Shown: positions 25,601 to 37,306 of the stretch, one piece after another
Layout: each line of letters begins with the position of its first letter
Position numbering within the stretch: position 1 is the first letter of the stretch
Assembly: GCA_040143965.1 (NCBI GenBank)
Contig: JASJQH010000049.1
Coordinates: 1-38,204, forward strand
From: Basidiobolus ranarum
Taxonomy: Eukaryota
Direction: 5' to 3'
DNA length: 38,204 nt
Notes under the pieces: model-generated
Seen by the model: only the letters and a program-made list of their open reading frames with translations
Told to the model about the DNA's origin: nothing
Databases searched by the model: none
Program-made: the position numbers and the translations under genes

Positions 25601-28117
25601 GGACTTTGCCAAATTACTTCAAGAGGAAAGCTCCACACTCGGTAATTAACCATGTATCGTTGATCGAAATAAGCTCATTGTGTACTTACATACACTTTTA
25701 CAGTTGCCGACGGACTGGAGGCTTTATCTCAATTCGTTAAGGCGTTTCCTGAGGAGGCACCCAATGATCCGTATGTAGCATTTACGTGTTTGATTGTGTG
25801 GGCTATTGACTAATGTATAAAATTTCCTATCCAATAGAAAATCTTTGAACCGTTTGGTCCAATGTATTTTGGAAGGTGGCCCGTCTCAAGCCAAATTCGC
25901 TACCATCATTATTTGCCATGCTCAATCTAAAGAGCAACATTGTAATCAAATTCTTCAGGTATGAATATACTATACAACTTTGTTCATTGTTTCCACTGCT
26001 CATTGGTTATGTTCTATATGAATTAGGAAATTGTACCCAACTTGTCCGCCGATTCTCCAAACCTTTTAAGTCATTTGAGTGCTTTAAGCCAAATTGTTCT
26101 ACATGCACCTGAGACTTTCGAAGAGCACAGTGATACCGTGATCCCATTCGTGGTCAAGAATATTTTGATGCAGCCCTCTCAAGCGGTATGTGTTTTGCGT
26201 AGCTATGTACTGATACCAATCTCTCATTAATGAACGTAATATCAAAGGTGTCTGGCTCATCAGAGGAGGAGTGGGAAGAGTATGAGAAAATTGATGATGA
26301 ATGCAAGGCTAAAGTGAGTACAGAGTAGTCTAAGCAGCATGTTCAACCTCAACTAACAGCAATCTAGTTGTTTGGAATCAAAATTCTAGTCAACCGTCTC
26401 ATTGGTTTGGCAAACGATGAAATTAACCACGAGCTTGCACAGCCTGCTTTTAAAATGCTTTGGAAGATCATTAAAGAAAACGGAGAAATCCTCGGTGGTG
26501 AATCCACAAAGTAAGTATATGTGAACATCTCTAATAACACTATTAGATGGCAAATTGTTAACGACACCTTTTAGTCCAATCCACCGTTCTTATTTACGTC
26601 TTGCTGCTGCAGTCTCCGTACTGAAGTTGGCTCGTCATCCAGTTTATGAAAATATGATTGCTCAGTCCGATTTCAACTGGCTTGCTCTAACTGCTCAGGT
26701 AGAACCTCACCAACTTGTTTAAAGTCTGTTACATCATATTGACGCTTACCACTTCAATGAATAGGATCCTTGCTTCCAAGTTCGCTCATCATTTGTCGCT
26801 AAACTTATCAAGTATCTTGGTCGCAAAGTATTGCATGTTCGCTATTTGCCCATTCTCTTCTTGGTTGCTCATGACCCCGAAAAAGAAATGCGCACTATGG
26901 TGAAGGGATTCTTTTACAGACAAACCTCATCCCGGGTCATTCGAGAGAACAACCCCTCGTTATTTGAGGTGATAGCTGCAAGATTGATACATCTGTTAGC
27001 TCATCATCCTGATTTTAGTAAGGAGTTGAATGATCTTAAACTTTTTGTCAAGTACGTAGATGTGCCATTAGTTATGCCTTTTCTGTCATTCTAAACTGCT
27101 CTCACCGTTAGATATATCGAATTCTACCTTGAAAATATCGCAAATGCGGAGAATATTGCTCTAATCTATCACATCGTGGTCCAACTCAAAACAGTGAGAG
27201 ATAGAGTATCCCCATCGAAAACCGAGGTATGCTTCACTTCTATAAGAACGACATCACCCGAAGCTAATCCATTCCTTGCAATAATAGAACTTGTACATTT
27301 TGAGTGAAATGGCTCAACTGTTGGTACAGGAAAAGAGCCACTCAGCTGGATGGTCTTTGACTTCATATCCTGGCCAGGTTAAACTTCCGATGGATTTGTT
27401 TGAGGTTCTACTGGACTCAAGCGAAATATTGAAGCAAGTATTCCTTCCGGAAGAATTTAAACGCTCAAGGATAGCTGCACAAACTCATCGTGGATCGAGA
27501 GCAGATAAGGTGAACATTCATTATGATAACCATTGAACTTGGTATGCAGGGTTATTTACCTTTAAATTCTATTCAAGCCTGAACGTGAAAAGAAACCTAA
27601 GCCACCGGGAACCCCCGTTAAAGCACCCAAAATCCCTAGAACCCCTAAAACACCAAGAGTTAAAGCAATAGCACTCCCCACTAGAACGTACGTATTAAAC
27701 TCGATACTTGATGTCATATCGAAATCATTCTCATCTAGAACCAACCCATTAGAACAACACCCCGTCGTGCTAAGGCCAATATTGGATCTATGGTCGAGGA
27801 ATACTCCGAAGGTGAAGCAGAGGATCAAGATGATGAAAGTGATGAAGAATCAGCAGTACCACAGTAAGTACTCTAAAGGAAATTCAAATATTCGTATAGT
27901 TATTAACCGAGAGCTTTCGTAGATCTCGTGTGCTCAAGAGCTACTCAAAGAAATCTTTGGAGGTTATGGTCGAGATTCCTACCGGTAAACATGATGTAAG
28001 ATCCATAACGTGTAATTTGTACTCATCTAAACACCTCCTAACAATTCTCATTGCACTCGGTAGCTCTCTGATTCCGATGAAGAACTACCCAACTCTGTAC
28101 GTCGTAGATTGGAGTAG
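22643..28117 (+). CDS. PDS5: Sister chromatid cohesion protein Pds5, ~29 exons
   Basis: Hand-spliced in frame over ~28 short GT-AG introns. Motifs: [91 protein letters not shown]/P-rich and acidic tail; stop TAG at 28115-28117. Confidence 0.95.
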
Positions 28118-28556
28118 AGATAAGGAAGTGTCACGTTGTCACAATTTATCCAAACTCCTCCACTGTCCCATTTACATTTACCAGACTTTTTGACCAAAAT
28201 TAACCTTTGGCGTTTCTTAAAAAGCACTATGCCAAATATTTATGTTCGAGTATTTTGCGTACATAGCTTAACAGTTCGAAAATTGTTAGAATATCCAGCA
28301 GAAAAGAATATTTATACTCTGCATTCATGTCACCTTTGTTTCGCTATCGAATCTTTCTCAATGTAACTTGCTTTTATTTTTTTTATGTGAAGAAATCCCT
28401 CTTTAATCTAGATCTTCCTTATCTCTGGCTGGAGAGTTTTATGTTCGTGTGGCCAGGTATTCATGATTCTTTTCATGACAGTAGTATCAATGTCTAATAT
28501 GGTTAACATCACTGCGTAATAAACTCCTTAAATTTACAATCCTACACCTGCCTTCA

Positions 28557-28600
28557 CACCCATACCCATACCCATACTCACACCCGCACCCGCACCCACT
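28557..28600. repeat. Degenerate hexamer microsatellite (CAYACC/CGCACC)n
   Basis: CACCCATACCCATACCCATACTCACACCCGCACCCGCACCCACT. Confidence 0.7.
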
Positions 28601-29448
28601 TCCCGCTAACCCTTTAAAGTACATTTAACCTTAAGCTTCAATAGTTAGTCACTAAGCCTGACAACATGGCTAGGGTTAGGGTTAAGGGGGCCAATATAAA
28701 GTATGGATGACTGCCAAAAGCAGATGTCAGATGCCCCAAAATCATCATTAGGTGGACCATTATGTCGACCATTAAGTGAGTATCTAGATTACTAATCGAT
28801 TTGACACCCTATCCCGCCTCGTGTGCAGTGACATCAAAATCGCCATTTCCATCCACTTTCCACCATTTCTATCCACTATCCACCATGGATCTTCTAGATG
28901 TGACAAACATTGACTAAGATTGCCCCATCATTATACTTGTTATTCCTGATTCCCGACCAACCCACAACTTGATGATGGACGCGATATGCTTGGTAGCGCG
29001 AGTTAGCTATCCAACAAGATCACGTGGGGCAATCCCCTTCCACTAACACCTCTATCATGTGATTGTGGGTAAGTTGGTTGAATTCTATAGCACGGGTTAT
29101 ATTTCGTGGCCCATTATTCTAAATTTAGATGGATGGGATGACACATAGAGACTTGACCAATGAACATGCCTTAAGAAGCTCGCGATAAAAAAAAGAATTG
29201 GTTGAATTACCAATTTCGTAAGGTAACTCATTCGTGATCATTGGCTCTAACACGGTTTGGGATGGATTTCAATTGACTAGGTTTGGAGATTGGGATTTCT
29301 GATTAAATTACTATTCCACTCTGGAACACTTTGATGTTTTTTGCAATTTCGTTCGTCAAAAAGTTCCATTCCTATTCCTTTTCCTTCTCCTACCCTACCC
29401 TCTCCACCCAACTCTAGAAATTTATTGGCTTCTTACACTTCACTTGTG

Positions 29449-30638
29449 ATGCCACCGCTTAACACTTGTGAGGAGCAAGTGGACCCTTATTACTCTCCTT
29501 CAAACTCTGCCTCTCGGGCAAACTCTCCCTTTGATGATGAGGATGACGAAGAGGATTTCCTTGAAGACGACTTGGATGATGACATAAAAGAGGAGAAAGA
29601 GGAGTACTCGGAGGAAAAGAACCCCGAACGTCCATTATTTCTCAACTTCAACGCTGATTTGAATCCACAAAATACAACCAAGAAACCCAAACCTAAAAAA
29701 GCCACCACCTACAAAGTAAATGGAGTGAATATCCTTAATAGAAAAAGTTTAGATAGTAAGACAGTGATGGAACGTTTGAAAAGACGAAGAGAGAACCATA
29801 ACCATGTAGAGCGTAAACGTAGAGATAATATTAATCATACTATTTTGGAAATATCTCAACTTATTCCTCACGAGGCCGCTACAAATGCAAAGTTGAATAA
29901 GGGAAGCATATTACGTCTGGCTGCTGATTACATTAAGGTTGGTATTTTCTATAATTGTTCTAGTTATAACCTTACCTCGTTTTGAACCTAGTTTATTAAC
30001 TTGATGCACAGGAGATTCAAGCTGAAAATCGGAGACTTGCTACGGAGGTAGAACGGAACAAGGCTGGTAGTCGAATTCCATCCAATACTGAGCAAGTTGG
30101 ATACCCTGTGAGACCCTATACTCAACTGTTACATGATCAACCTAGCTATCCTGTTCCTCATCAAATGAGAGGTATTTACGAGAACCCTCACTACTTGCCA
30201 TCCGAAGCTGGTCACTCGATCGGAGGATATCGTCAGAATAACAACACATCCCATTTAGCTGAGAATTACATGAACTCTTCTAATACCAACTCGCAATCTA
30301 TACATCGAACCCACTTGGCCGCGTCTCATCCATTACAACACACAATGCCTCAATCTCAACCTTTACACGCATCCACACCTGCACTTGCACATACACATTC
30401 AATATCTTATCAGCAGCAGCAACCTCGTCACACTCATCAACATGGCCACAACCCCTCAGTGCACACCTACCCTCCAGTCAGTTTACCGCATTCCAACAAT
30501 AGCCAGCTAAATGGGCCAGTATATGGGTATAACACTACGGCATCGGGGGTTCAGCACACGTTACCTCCTCTCTCTGCGCAACAGCAGCGGAAGGGCATGA
30601 TGTTCAACGAGTTTAGTGGAACGTTAAATTTGTTCTGA
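29449..30638 (+). CDS. bHLH-leucine zipper transcription factor (USF/Cbf1/MiT-like class), 2 exons, ~371 aa
   Basis: Exons 29449-29937 and 30012-30638. Acidic N-terminus; RRENHNHVERKRRDNINHTILEISQLIP...KLNKGSILRLAADYIKEIQAENRRLATEVE with the H-E-R signature of CACGTG binders; Q/H/P-rich tail. Confidence 0.92.
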
Positions 30639-31001
30639 TTCTATCTTTGACTGGCTCAAACCTTTTTATGTCACATCAATGCCAGATACTGCCAGATACT
30701 TAATTATTATTATTATCAACTGTTACGCTTCAACAGTTACGCTTTGGATCTACTTCACTCCTCCACTTTTACCCACCACTACTTATTCACCACTACCTTC
30801 AATTACTATTTTGATCGGATCATTCTATTGTATAAATTGTAGCCTTTTTGGAATGAATCGTTGTTATCTCTTGTTGGTGGGTTTTGGATTTCGCCCTTTT
30901 GGTGATGATTATTCAATTCACCTATTTATTTCTAATCATTATTGAACAAGTTGAAAAGGGTGTGAAAGGAAGGGAATAGGTTGGGTTGGGATGGAAAGAG
31001 A

Positions 31002-32023
31002 TTACATATTTTCGTGTAATAAGACGTATTCTCTCGTACTAGAACCAAATTTGATAATATCAGATACTTTTAATTCGTAGTACCGAGTAGCAGGTATTCT
31101 TTCACCATTCACAAAGGTACCATTAGTAGCTTCCAAATCAATAATAAATGGTCTAAGAAAAACCCAAGTAAGAGAAGATTAATGATATGAAAATTATTCA
31201 TTAATATGAATAGTATTCACTTACTTCACTAAACGTTTCACTTCACCTACTTCATTCTTCTCTACAACTTGTCGAAATTGAAAAGCAGCATGTTGTTTGG
31301 AACAAGAAGGATGATCTACTGGAATATCCGCAACCTAACATATATTTAAATAAATTAAAAGGTTTTGTAAAGTTGAAAACTTCACACCCTTGACTTACCT
31401 TTCGATCACGTCCTACGAGATACGCACTTTGTCTATGTATATGTAATAGATCTAAATAATAATAAAGAGTATTGATTAGAAAAAGAAGGGAAGAATGAGA
31501 AGGGAGGAGAGGGGATAGTTAATATTAAACTGCAGTGACACCACTTACCCACTTGTTCTTTTCCTTTAAAAACATAAAGTCTCCATTTTTTAGTAGGATT
31601 TCTAGCCTCTGGAGGTTCGTTATATTTCACTACTACCCCGTTATAAGTGTTGGTTTCAGCGGCAAGTTTTCCAGATAAACCAAAGTTCGGTTTTTCTTTT
31701 AATTTTTCTTCTTCTTCATCGAGTTTCTTTTGAGCAGCTGCCGCTGCTTCTTCTTCTGCTAAAGCTTCACCACCCCAACGTAATTCACTTTCTTGGATAT
31801 TTTCCTCTTTCTTATTATTATATTTGGTTCTTCTTTTAGGAGAGCGGGAACGTGAACTTCGTCTAGAAGTATGGTAATCTCTTGGAGGTGAGGTGGAACC
31901 CTCTCGTCTTCCACGTGAATATCTTCGTGAAGTATGAGGTGAAGAAGATCTTCCACGATAAACTTCTCTATCTTTTCCCTCTCTGGTATCCCGTCTAGGT
32001 GAACGCGCTTTATCTGTACCCAT
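31002..32023 (-). CDS. SNIP1: SNIP1/Pml1-like FHA-domain splicing factor (RES complex), 4 exons
   Basis: RS-rich N-terminus, KPNFGLSGKLAAETN, KYNEPPEAR..KWRLYVFKG, LHIHRQSAYLVGRDRKVADIPVDHPSCSKQHAAFQFR, PFIIDLEATNGTFVNG..IPATRYYEL..DIIKFGSSTREYVLL. Confidence 0.95.
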
Positions 32024-32571
32024 TGATATTTATTCTCTTGTTATATTTACCGAGAAATAAGTACCTATTATATATGTACTGAGTTGGTGCTCTTTTAAGT
32101 CCTCCCTTCTACTAATTCAAGAAATATTTAAATCATCGTGAAAATTTGTTCTATTTATCTTGACGTATCAAAGAAAATCCTATTTCTAATGGTCTATCTA
32201 AAATATCTTATTAAGAGCGTATACAATGTTGTTTAGTACAGTAAATCTGACATATATATATTATGCGATGTAACTTGCATATAAATTAAGCCATCACAAT
32301 GTGTCCAACAAGATAAATAAAGCTACTTGATTGATGCAACCAAGATTTTCAACAATAACTAATTCGAATAAATACTAGGGAACAAATATTCACAATGTGA
32401 AAAAAGACGTTTATTTTGTATAAGTTGCTTTCCATGGTAATTTGGATAAAGTCATGTGACACCTTCTATTATGACAATAATATTAATGGATATGGACGGC
32501 GGATATGATAATATAACAAGTGGAATGGGAGGAGTTTTACGAAAAGCATTGGGGTTTTAGAGTTAGAGCGA

Positions 32572-35500
32572 TTAGATATCATCTTCATCACTGCTGACAT
32601 CTTCACCGTTAGCAATTCTTTGAGCTCTCCACTTCTGCTTCTGCTTGAGTTCCTTACGGGTAAGCTTCTTCTTGGAGACAACCTTGGTAACGTTACCAAA
32701 TTGATCAACCTTGGTTTCAGCTTCCTTCTTTTCAGCGATCTTCTCACCAGCGTTGGTAGAGTAGTCGTTGCCTTCAAGAGTAACAGTACCGGCATCAACC
32801 TTCCAGGTCTCGGTACAGAGACTGGAGGTGAATTCGGTGTGATGGGAAATCATAACAACACCACCTTCATATTCCTTAATAGCCTCAGCGAGAGCACCAA
32901 GGGAATCACGATCGAGGTAATTGGTAGGTTCATCAAGAACGAGCAAATGGGGGTTGAGCCACATAGCAGCGGCAATGACGACCTTGACCTTTTGACCACC
33001 GGAGAGACCACGAATACGGTTATGGGTAGCGAATTCAGCTTCCAAACCGAGATCACCAAGATGCTTCTCAACTTCCTTGGCGGTCAATTGTCTGGTCCAA
33101 GCACCAGCAAGGGCAGCTTCCTTGGCATCATAGGCATCCAACATCTTCTTGAATCCCCATTTCTCCAAGTCTTCACGAGGAACCCAAGCGTTGTCTTCGT
33201 GACTCTTGCCAATCCATTGGACTTCGTATTCAGAAGAACGACCAGCCTTACGACGACCGTACAAACCTTCAACCTTAAGCTTCTCAGATTCCCAGACAAC
33301 AATGGTATCCATTTGCTTCTGTTCTTCTTCGGTGATTTGGTTGGAAGCCTTGCTCAAGGATTCACGATCCTCACCGCTCTGGTAACGCCAACGAATATAT
33401 TCGTTAGGAGTTTTGTCAAGATGCTCTTCAATGTGATGGAAAGCGTGCTGAGCAACGTAGGCAACACGAAGGTTAGGATGCTTCTTGATTTCACCACAGT
33501 CGGGAACAATCTCACCGGTAAGAACCTTGATCATGGTAGACTTACCAGCACCGTTAGGACCGAGAACGGCAACACGGGAGCTCAAAGAACATTGAACTGA
33601 GATATCGTGGAGAGCGACCTTGCTGGCTCCTGGGTAGGTATAACCAATGTTGGTCATCTTCAAAATAGCCTTACCCTTAGACTTGACACCATCCAAAAGA
33701 CCTGGAGGGGGAAGGGAGAACTTGTGGGTGGCACTGGAAAGTTCATAGTAGGACTTGGCCTCAGGGTATTGTTCAACGAAACGAGAAAGGTTACCCTTGT
33801 AGTTCTTCAACTTACGGCTTTCATAATGGATAATGTTGGTACAAACGTTATCCAAGAATCCGGAGTCGTGAGAAACAAGAATACTGGTAACATTGGTGAG
33901 ACCGTTAAGGTAGTTCTCCAACCAAGCGACGTTAGCAACATCCAAGTGATTGGTAGGTTCATCGAGGAGTAAGATATCGGCACCAATCAACATAGCACGG
34001 GCCAATTCCAACTTCATCTTCCAACCACCGGAAAGGGCGGTAACAAGACCAGTTTGCATATCCTCGGTGAAACCAACGCTGGAGAGCATGGTGGCGATTT
34101 CTTGCTCAGAAACGTGAGCAAGGTTCTTGTCCTTGGCAATGAACTCACGAACACCGAGCTCAGCTTCTTCAGCTTGAAGGTTGTGCTCGACGAAGATGGT
34201 CTTAAGCTCATCAGGAGAGGGGAAACCGTTAAGTTTGCCCTCAGCAATGGCTCTCATAAGGGTAGATTTACCAACACCGTTAGGACCGCAGAGACCATAA
34301 CGTTGTCCACGACGCAACTTTAGTTTGGTGTTGTTCAACAAGATCATACCACCATAAGCAAGGGAGAATTCGCAGTCGCAAAGTTCCTCACCTTCTTCAT
34401 CCTCAGCAGCAGCAGCAGCCTCACTAGAACGCTTCTCATCCCACTCAACATAGAACTTCAAGACAGCGGCGCAAACAGCGTCAGCGTTCTTTTGAAGAAT
34501 ATAAGGGGCAAGATAAGGAACAATGCACATATCCCATTCAACCAATTCGAAGGAACGACGGTTGACAAGACCGGTGCACATAACAGCGATGTAGTTAAGG
34601 GCGATGGGGGAAACCTCAATGTTGGAGACCTTGGCGATTTCGGCGTTGATGTTAGCCAAAACTTCGGCAACTTCAACAGTCTCGAAAACGGGGGCAGCAG
34701 CCTCAGCGTTAGCACCACCGACACGGACAAGAGTAGAACGAGCACGTTCAGCAACTTGACGTAATTCGGGGTTGGCACCAATCTCAATAATACGATCAAG
34801 TCCAGGAAGGAGCTTGGGCAAGAATTGAGCGGCATCAGCTGGGTTCTCAACCAACTTGCACATGTTGTCAATAATGACAGCAGTTTGACGCATGATGACT
34901 GGGGAACGTTCAGCCAAACCACGGGTGAGGAGAGGAGTCATAATGGCAAGAGCTGGGGCTTCAACTTGAGTAACGAAGGTAGTGGCGGCAAGTTGATGAA
35001 CACAGTCAGGAACATTTTCAGGAGCGGCAATACAACCGATCAAAGAATCCAAAGAGGGTTCAATATCAGGATTTCCGACGACATTGCAGACAGCACGCAT
35101 GGTAACCTTAGCAGCTGATTGAACTTCAGGCTTGGTATCCCACATGATTTCGGAAACGCGGGGAACAATATCGCAAAGGGAAACACGGACTTGTTCGGCA
35201 GAAGTACGGGCGAGTTCGCTGATCAAAGACAAACTGCCTAACTTGGTTTGCCACTTACCATTTTGGAGGGCATCGAAAAGAACTGGCAACAAAGCAGGAA
35301 CGGCGTGTTCACAAGGAAGAGCCATTAAAGCAGCACCAGCGACTTGAGCAGCGCTGCGGACAGCGGCAGACTTGTTATCGGAGTACCCGCCCAAAATGAT
35401 GGGTAATTCGGAAATGAGGTAAGGTTCGATAGTATGACCGAGTTTCTTGGCTAAGGCAGCGTAGACCAAAAGGGATCCTTCACGGTCAGTGGCGGATTTT

Positions 35501-35778
35501 TTGTTTTGGGCAGCGATTTTCAACATTTCGATCATTCCGAAGGTGTTGACGGCTTGGGCAACACCAACGTGCTCCACGAAGGAAGCAATCTCATCAGCAA
35601 CTTCACTCAACTTCTCGGAAGTCTCACATTCAGCCAACTTCTTAAGCAGCGCGGAGGCTCTTTCCCTGTCCACAGTACGAACTTGAGGGACACAGGTCTC
35701 GTCACATTGTTGTTCACACTTGTAGTGATTGTGAACTCCAGCGGGGAGGTCAGAAATCTCGTGGTTCAAATGCATCAT
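32572..35778 (-). CDS. YEF3: Translation elongation factor 3 (ABCF-type), single exon, 1068 aa
   Basis: HEAT repeats (KWQTK, MWDTKPEV), EEGEELCDCEFSLAYG, and two ABC domains (GPNGVGKSTL / LSGGWKMKL / LLLDEPTNHLD; GPNGAGKSTM / LSGGQKVKV / LDEPTNYLD) with a chromodomain insertion. Basic then acidic tail; strong codon bias. Confidence 0.96.
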   Translation of the reverse strand: MMHLNHEISDLPAGVHNHYKCEQQCDETCVPQVRTVDRERASALLKKLAECETSEKLSEVADEIASFVEHVGVAQAVNTFGMIEMLKIAAQNKKSATDREGSLLVYAALAKKLGHTIEPYLISELPIILGGYSDNKSAAVRSAAQVAGAALMALPCEHAVPALLPVLFDALQNGKWQTKLGSLSLISELARTSAEQVRVSLCDIVPRVSEIMWDTKPEVQSAAKVTMRAVCNVVGNPDIEPSLDSLIGCIAAPENVPDCVHQLAATTFVTQVEAPALAIMTPLLTRGLAERSPVIMRQTAVIIDNMCKLVENPADAAQFLPKLLPGLDRIIEIGANPELRQVAERARSTLVRVGGANAEAAAPVFETVEVAEVLANINAEIAKVSNIEVSPIALNYIAVMCTGLVNRRSFELVEWDMCIVPYLAPYILQKNADAVCAAVLKFYVEWDEKRSSEAAAAAEDEEGEELCDCEFSLAYGGMILLNNTKLKLRRGQRYGLCGPNGVGKSTLMRAIAEGKLNGFPSPDELKTIFVEHNLQAEEAELGVREFIAKDKNLAHVSEQEIATMLSSVGFTEDMQTGLVTALSGGWKMKLELARAMLIGADILLLDEPTNHLDVANVAWLENYLNGLTNVTSILVSHDSGFLDNVCTNIIHYESRKLKNYKGNLSRFVEQYPEAKSYYELSSATHKFSLPPPGLLDGVKSKGKAILKMTNIGYTYPGASKVALHDISVQCSLSSRVAVLGPNGAGKSTMIKVLTGEIVPDCGEIKKHPNLRVAYVAQHAFHHIEEHLDKTPNEYIRWRYQSGEDRESLSKASNQITEEEQKQMDTIVVWESEKLKVEGLYGRRKAGRSSEYEVQWIGKSHEDNAWVPREDLEKWGFKKMLDAYDAKEAALAGAWTRQLTAKEVEKHLGDLGLEAEFATHNRIRGLSGGQKVKVVIAAAMWLNPHLLVLDEPTNYLDRDSLGALAEAIKEYEGGVVMISHHTEFTSSLCTETWKVDAGTVTLEGNDYSTNAGEKIAEKKEAETKVDQFGNVTKVVSKKKLTRKELKQKQKWRAQRIANGEDVSSDEDDI

Positions 35779-35881
35779 TTTAGTGTGAATTTCTATGAAA
35801 GATGACGAGGAGGGAGGAGAAGCGTTGCTCTCGAATTCAGAAGAAAAGAGAGATAAGAAACAACAACGACAGTCCGAGATG

Positions 35882-35888
35882 ATTTATA
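35882..35888 (-). promoter_or_regulatory. TATA box of the eEF3 gene
   Basis: TATAAAT on the minus strand ~105 bp upstream of the ATG, followed by a CT-rich leader. Confidence 0.55.
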
Positions 35889-37249
35889 CTTTTTCCATCT
35901 TACGACCACTGTGTGCACGTTTTTTTTTTCGATCATTTTGATCAGATTTCAGGAACTAAACGAAAAAAAGAATTTCCTGGAAAGTAATTACTATTACCGT
36001 TACCGTTACCATTGATGCCAATGGATCAATAATCCTCGAAAAGATACCGTGACTATCACCGGATATTGCCTTTAAGATTAGATGTATCTCTGTATGCTGC
36101 GTGTGCTGCGTATGCTATGGTGTAGGTCCACTCCTGTGACTAGGTTTCCATTAATTATGCGGAGCTTATTTTAATCATTGTAAATTCTTTTAGAATTGTA
36201 GAACCTTTCATCGGGCTCCCATTGGCTATCACTGGAGAAACATGATTGTCATTGTATATAGTGTGTAGTACGAGAACCCTAAGCGAGCGCTGATTCATTA
36301 TCTTTCCTGCCATAATTGGAAGCAATCCCAGTTTAGCTGGTAATTGGAGTTTTTTTGCATCGATGGAAACTCCAGCCAATCGCTTAGCTGAGCGGGTTTC
36401 TTACTGGGATGTCCAGCACATCCATTGCACACCCATCCCATCCATTTCTTATCACTACCCCAAATACCCACAAACTACCCCTTATCGTCGTGATCGATCA
36501 ACCTGTTTGTTGAGTGAAATATTTGCCTGCCAGTATCTGTCCTTAGCTCGGGTCACCTTGTCTCCATTTGGAGTGATGTCATCCACCTTGTACTTTTACT
36601 AGGACGCTACCACTACTGAATTAGTTAATCAATTACCTAATGAACCAATCTATTCACAGCATGGAACAAGTCCAGCCCTAACCCTAAGTTCACTCATATG
36701 GTATTAGTGGTAAGCTGACTGAATTATCCTCAAATTAACCATCAATATACCAATGTTCATATGATGCCAGAGGATGCCAGAGGATGGCTTAATAATTCTG
36801 TTTTTCTCTTCCTTTTTCTCACAGTTCCAAGATATGTTCAATCAATCGTTTCGACTTTGATCGAACGTTGATTTCAATTAATCGTGACTTACGGTCAGAT
36901 GGGGTTGTGTTGGAAAAAAAACATGTCCAAGTACTCCATCTACAGTCCGATATTACTATATATGTAGACTGCTACTTTTGCCCCGATTGTTGGTGTTTTT
37001 TGTGTTGGAAGCAACTACTTCTCTGATACTTGAGTTTGCCTTCATTTTCCACTCTTTGGAAAGGGTCCACACGACATATGTAACTCTAGACTTTATCATA
37101 AACATACGTATATGCGCCACTAAATAGAAAGTTCAACTTAATTGTACATTGCACCGTGCAAGAGGATACTTTTGTGAATCTCTATACCTTTAAGGTTACT
37201 AAGTAGAACAAATCGGTAGAATTAAAAGCGAGTTTCTTATTAAACGAAA

Positions 37250-37306
37250 ATACAGGTCAGTTAGGGAGATATAGGTCAGCTAGGAAAATATGGGTCAGTT
37301 AGGCAA
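37250..37306. repeat. 19-bp tandem repeat, 3 copies
   Basis: ATACAGGTCAGTTAGGGAG / ATATAGGTCAGCTAGGAAA / ATATGGGTCAGTTAGGCAA. Confidence 0.8.

Noticed and set aside
30679-30945. 88-aa hydrophobic ORF after the bHLH stop
   Set aside because: T-rich 3' UTR sequence giving a spurious hydrophobic translation.
21273-32023. Two splicing factors (SF3B6, SNIP1) and several translation genes near each other as a functional cluster
   Set aside because: Interspersed with unrelated genes; consistent with ordinary housekeeping gene density.
32620-35805. Long plus-strand ORFs (326, 121, 99 aa and others) and alternate-frame ORFs over eEF3
   Set aside because: Antisense and frame shadows expected from the strong codon bias of a highly expressed gene; no recognisable motifs.
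36155-36602. ORF-track calls of 74 and 79 aa upstream of eEF3
   Set aside because: No motifs or consistent splice structure; treated as non-coding.
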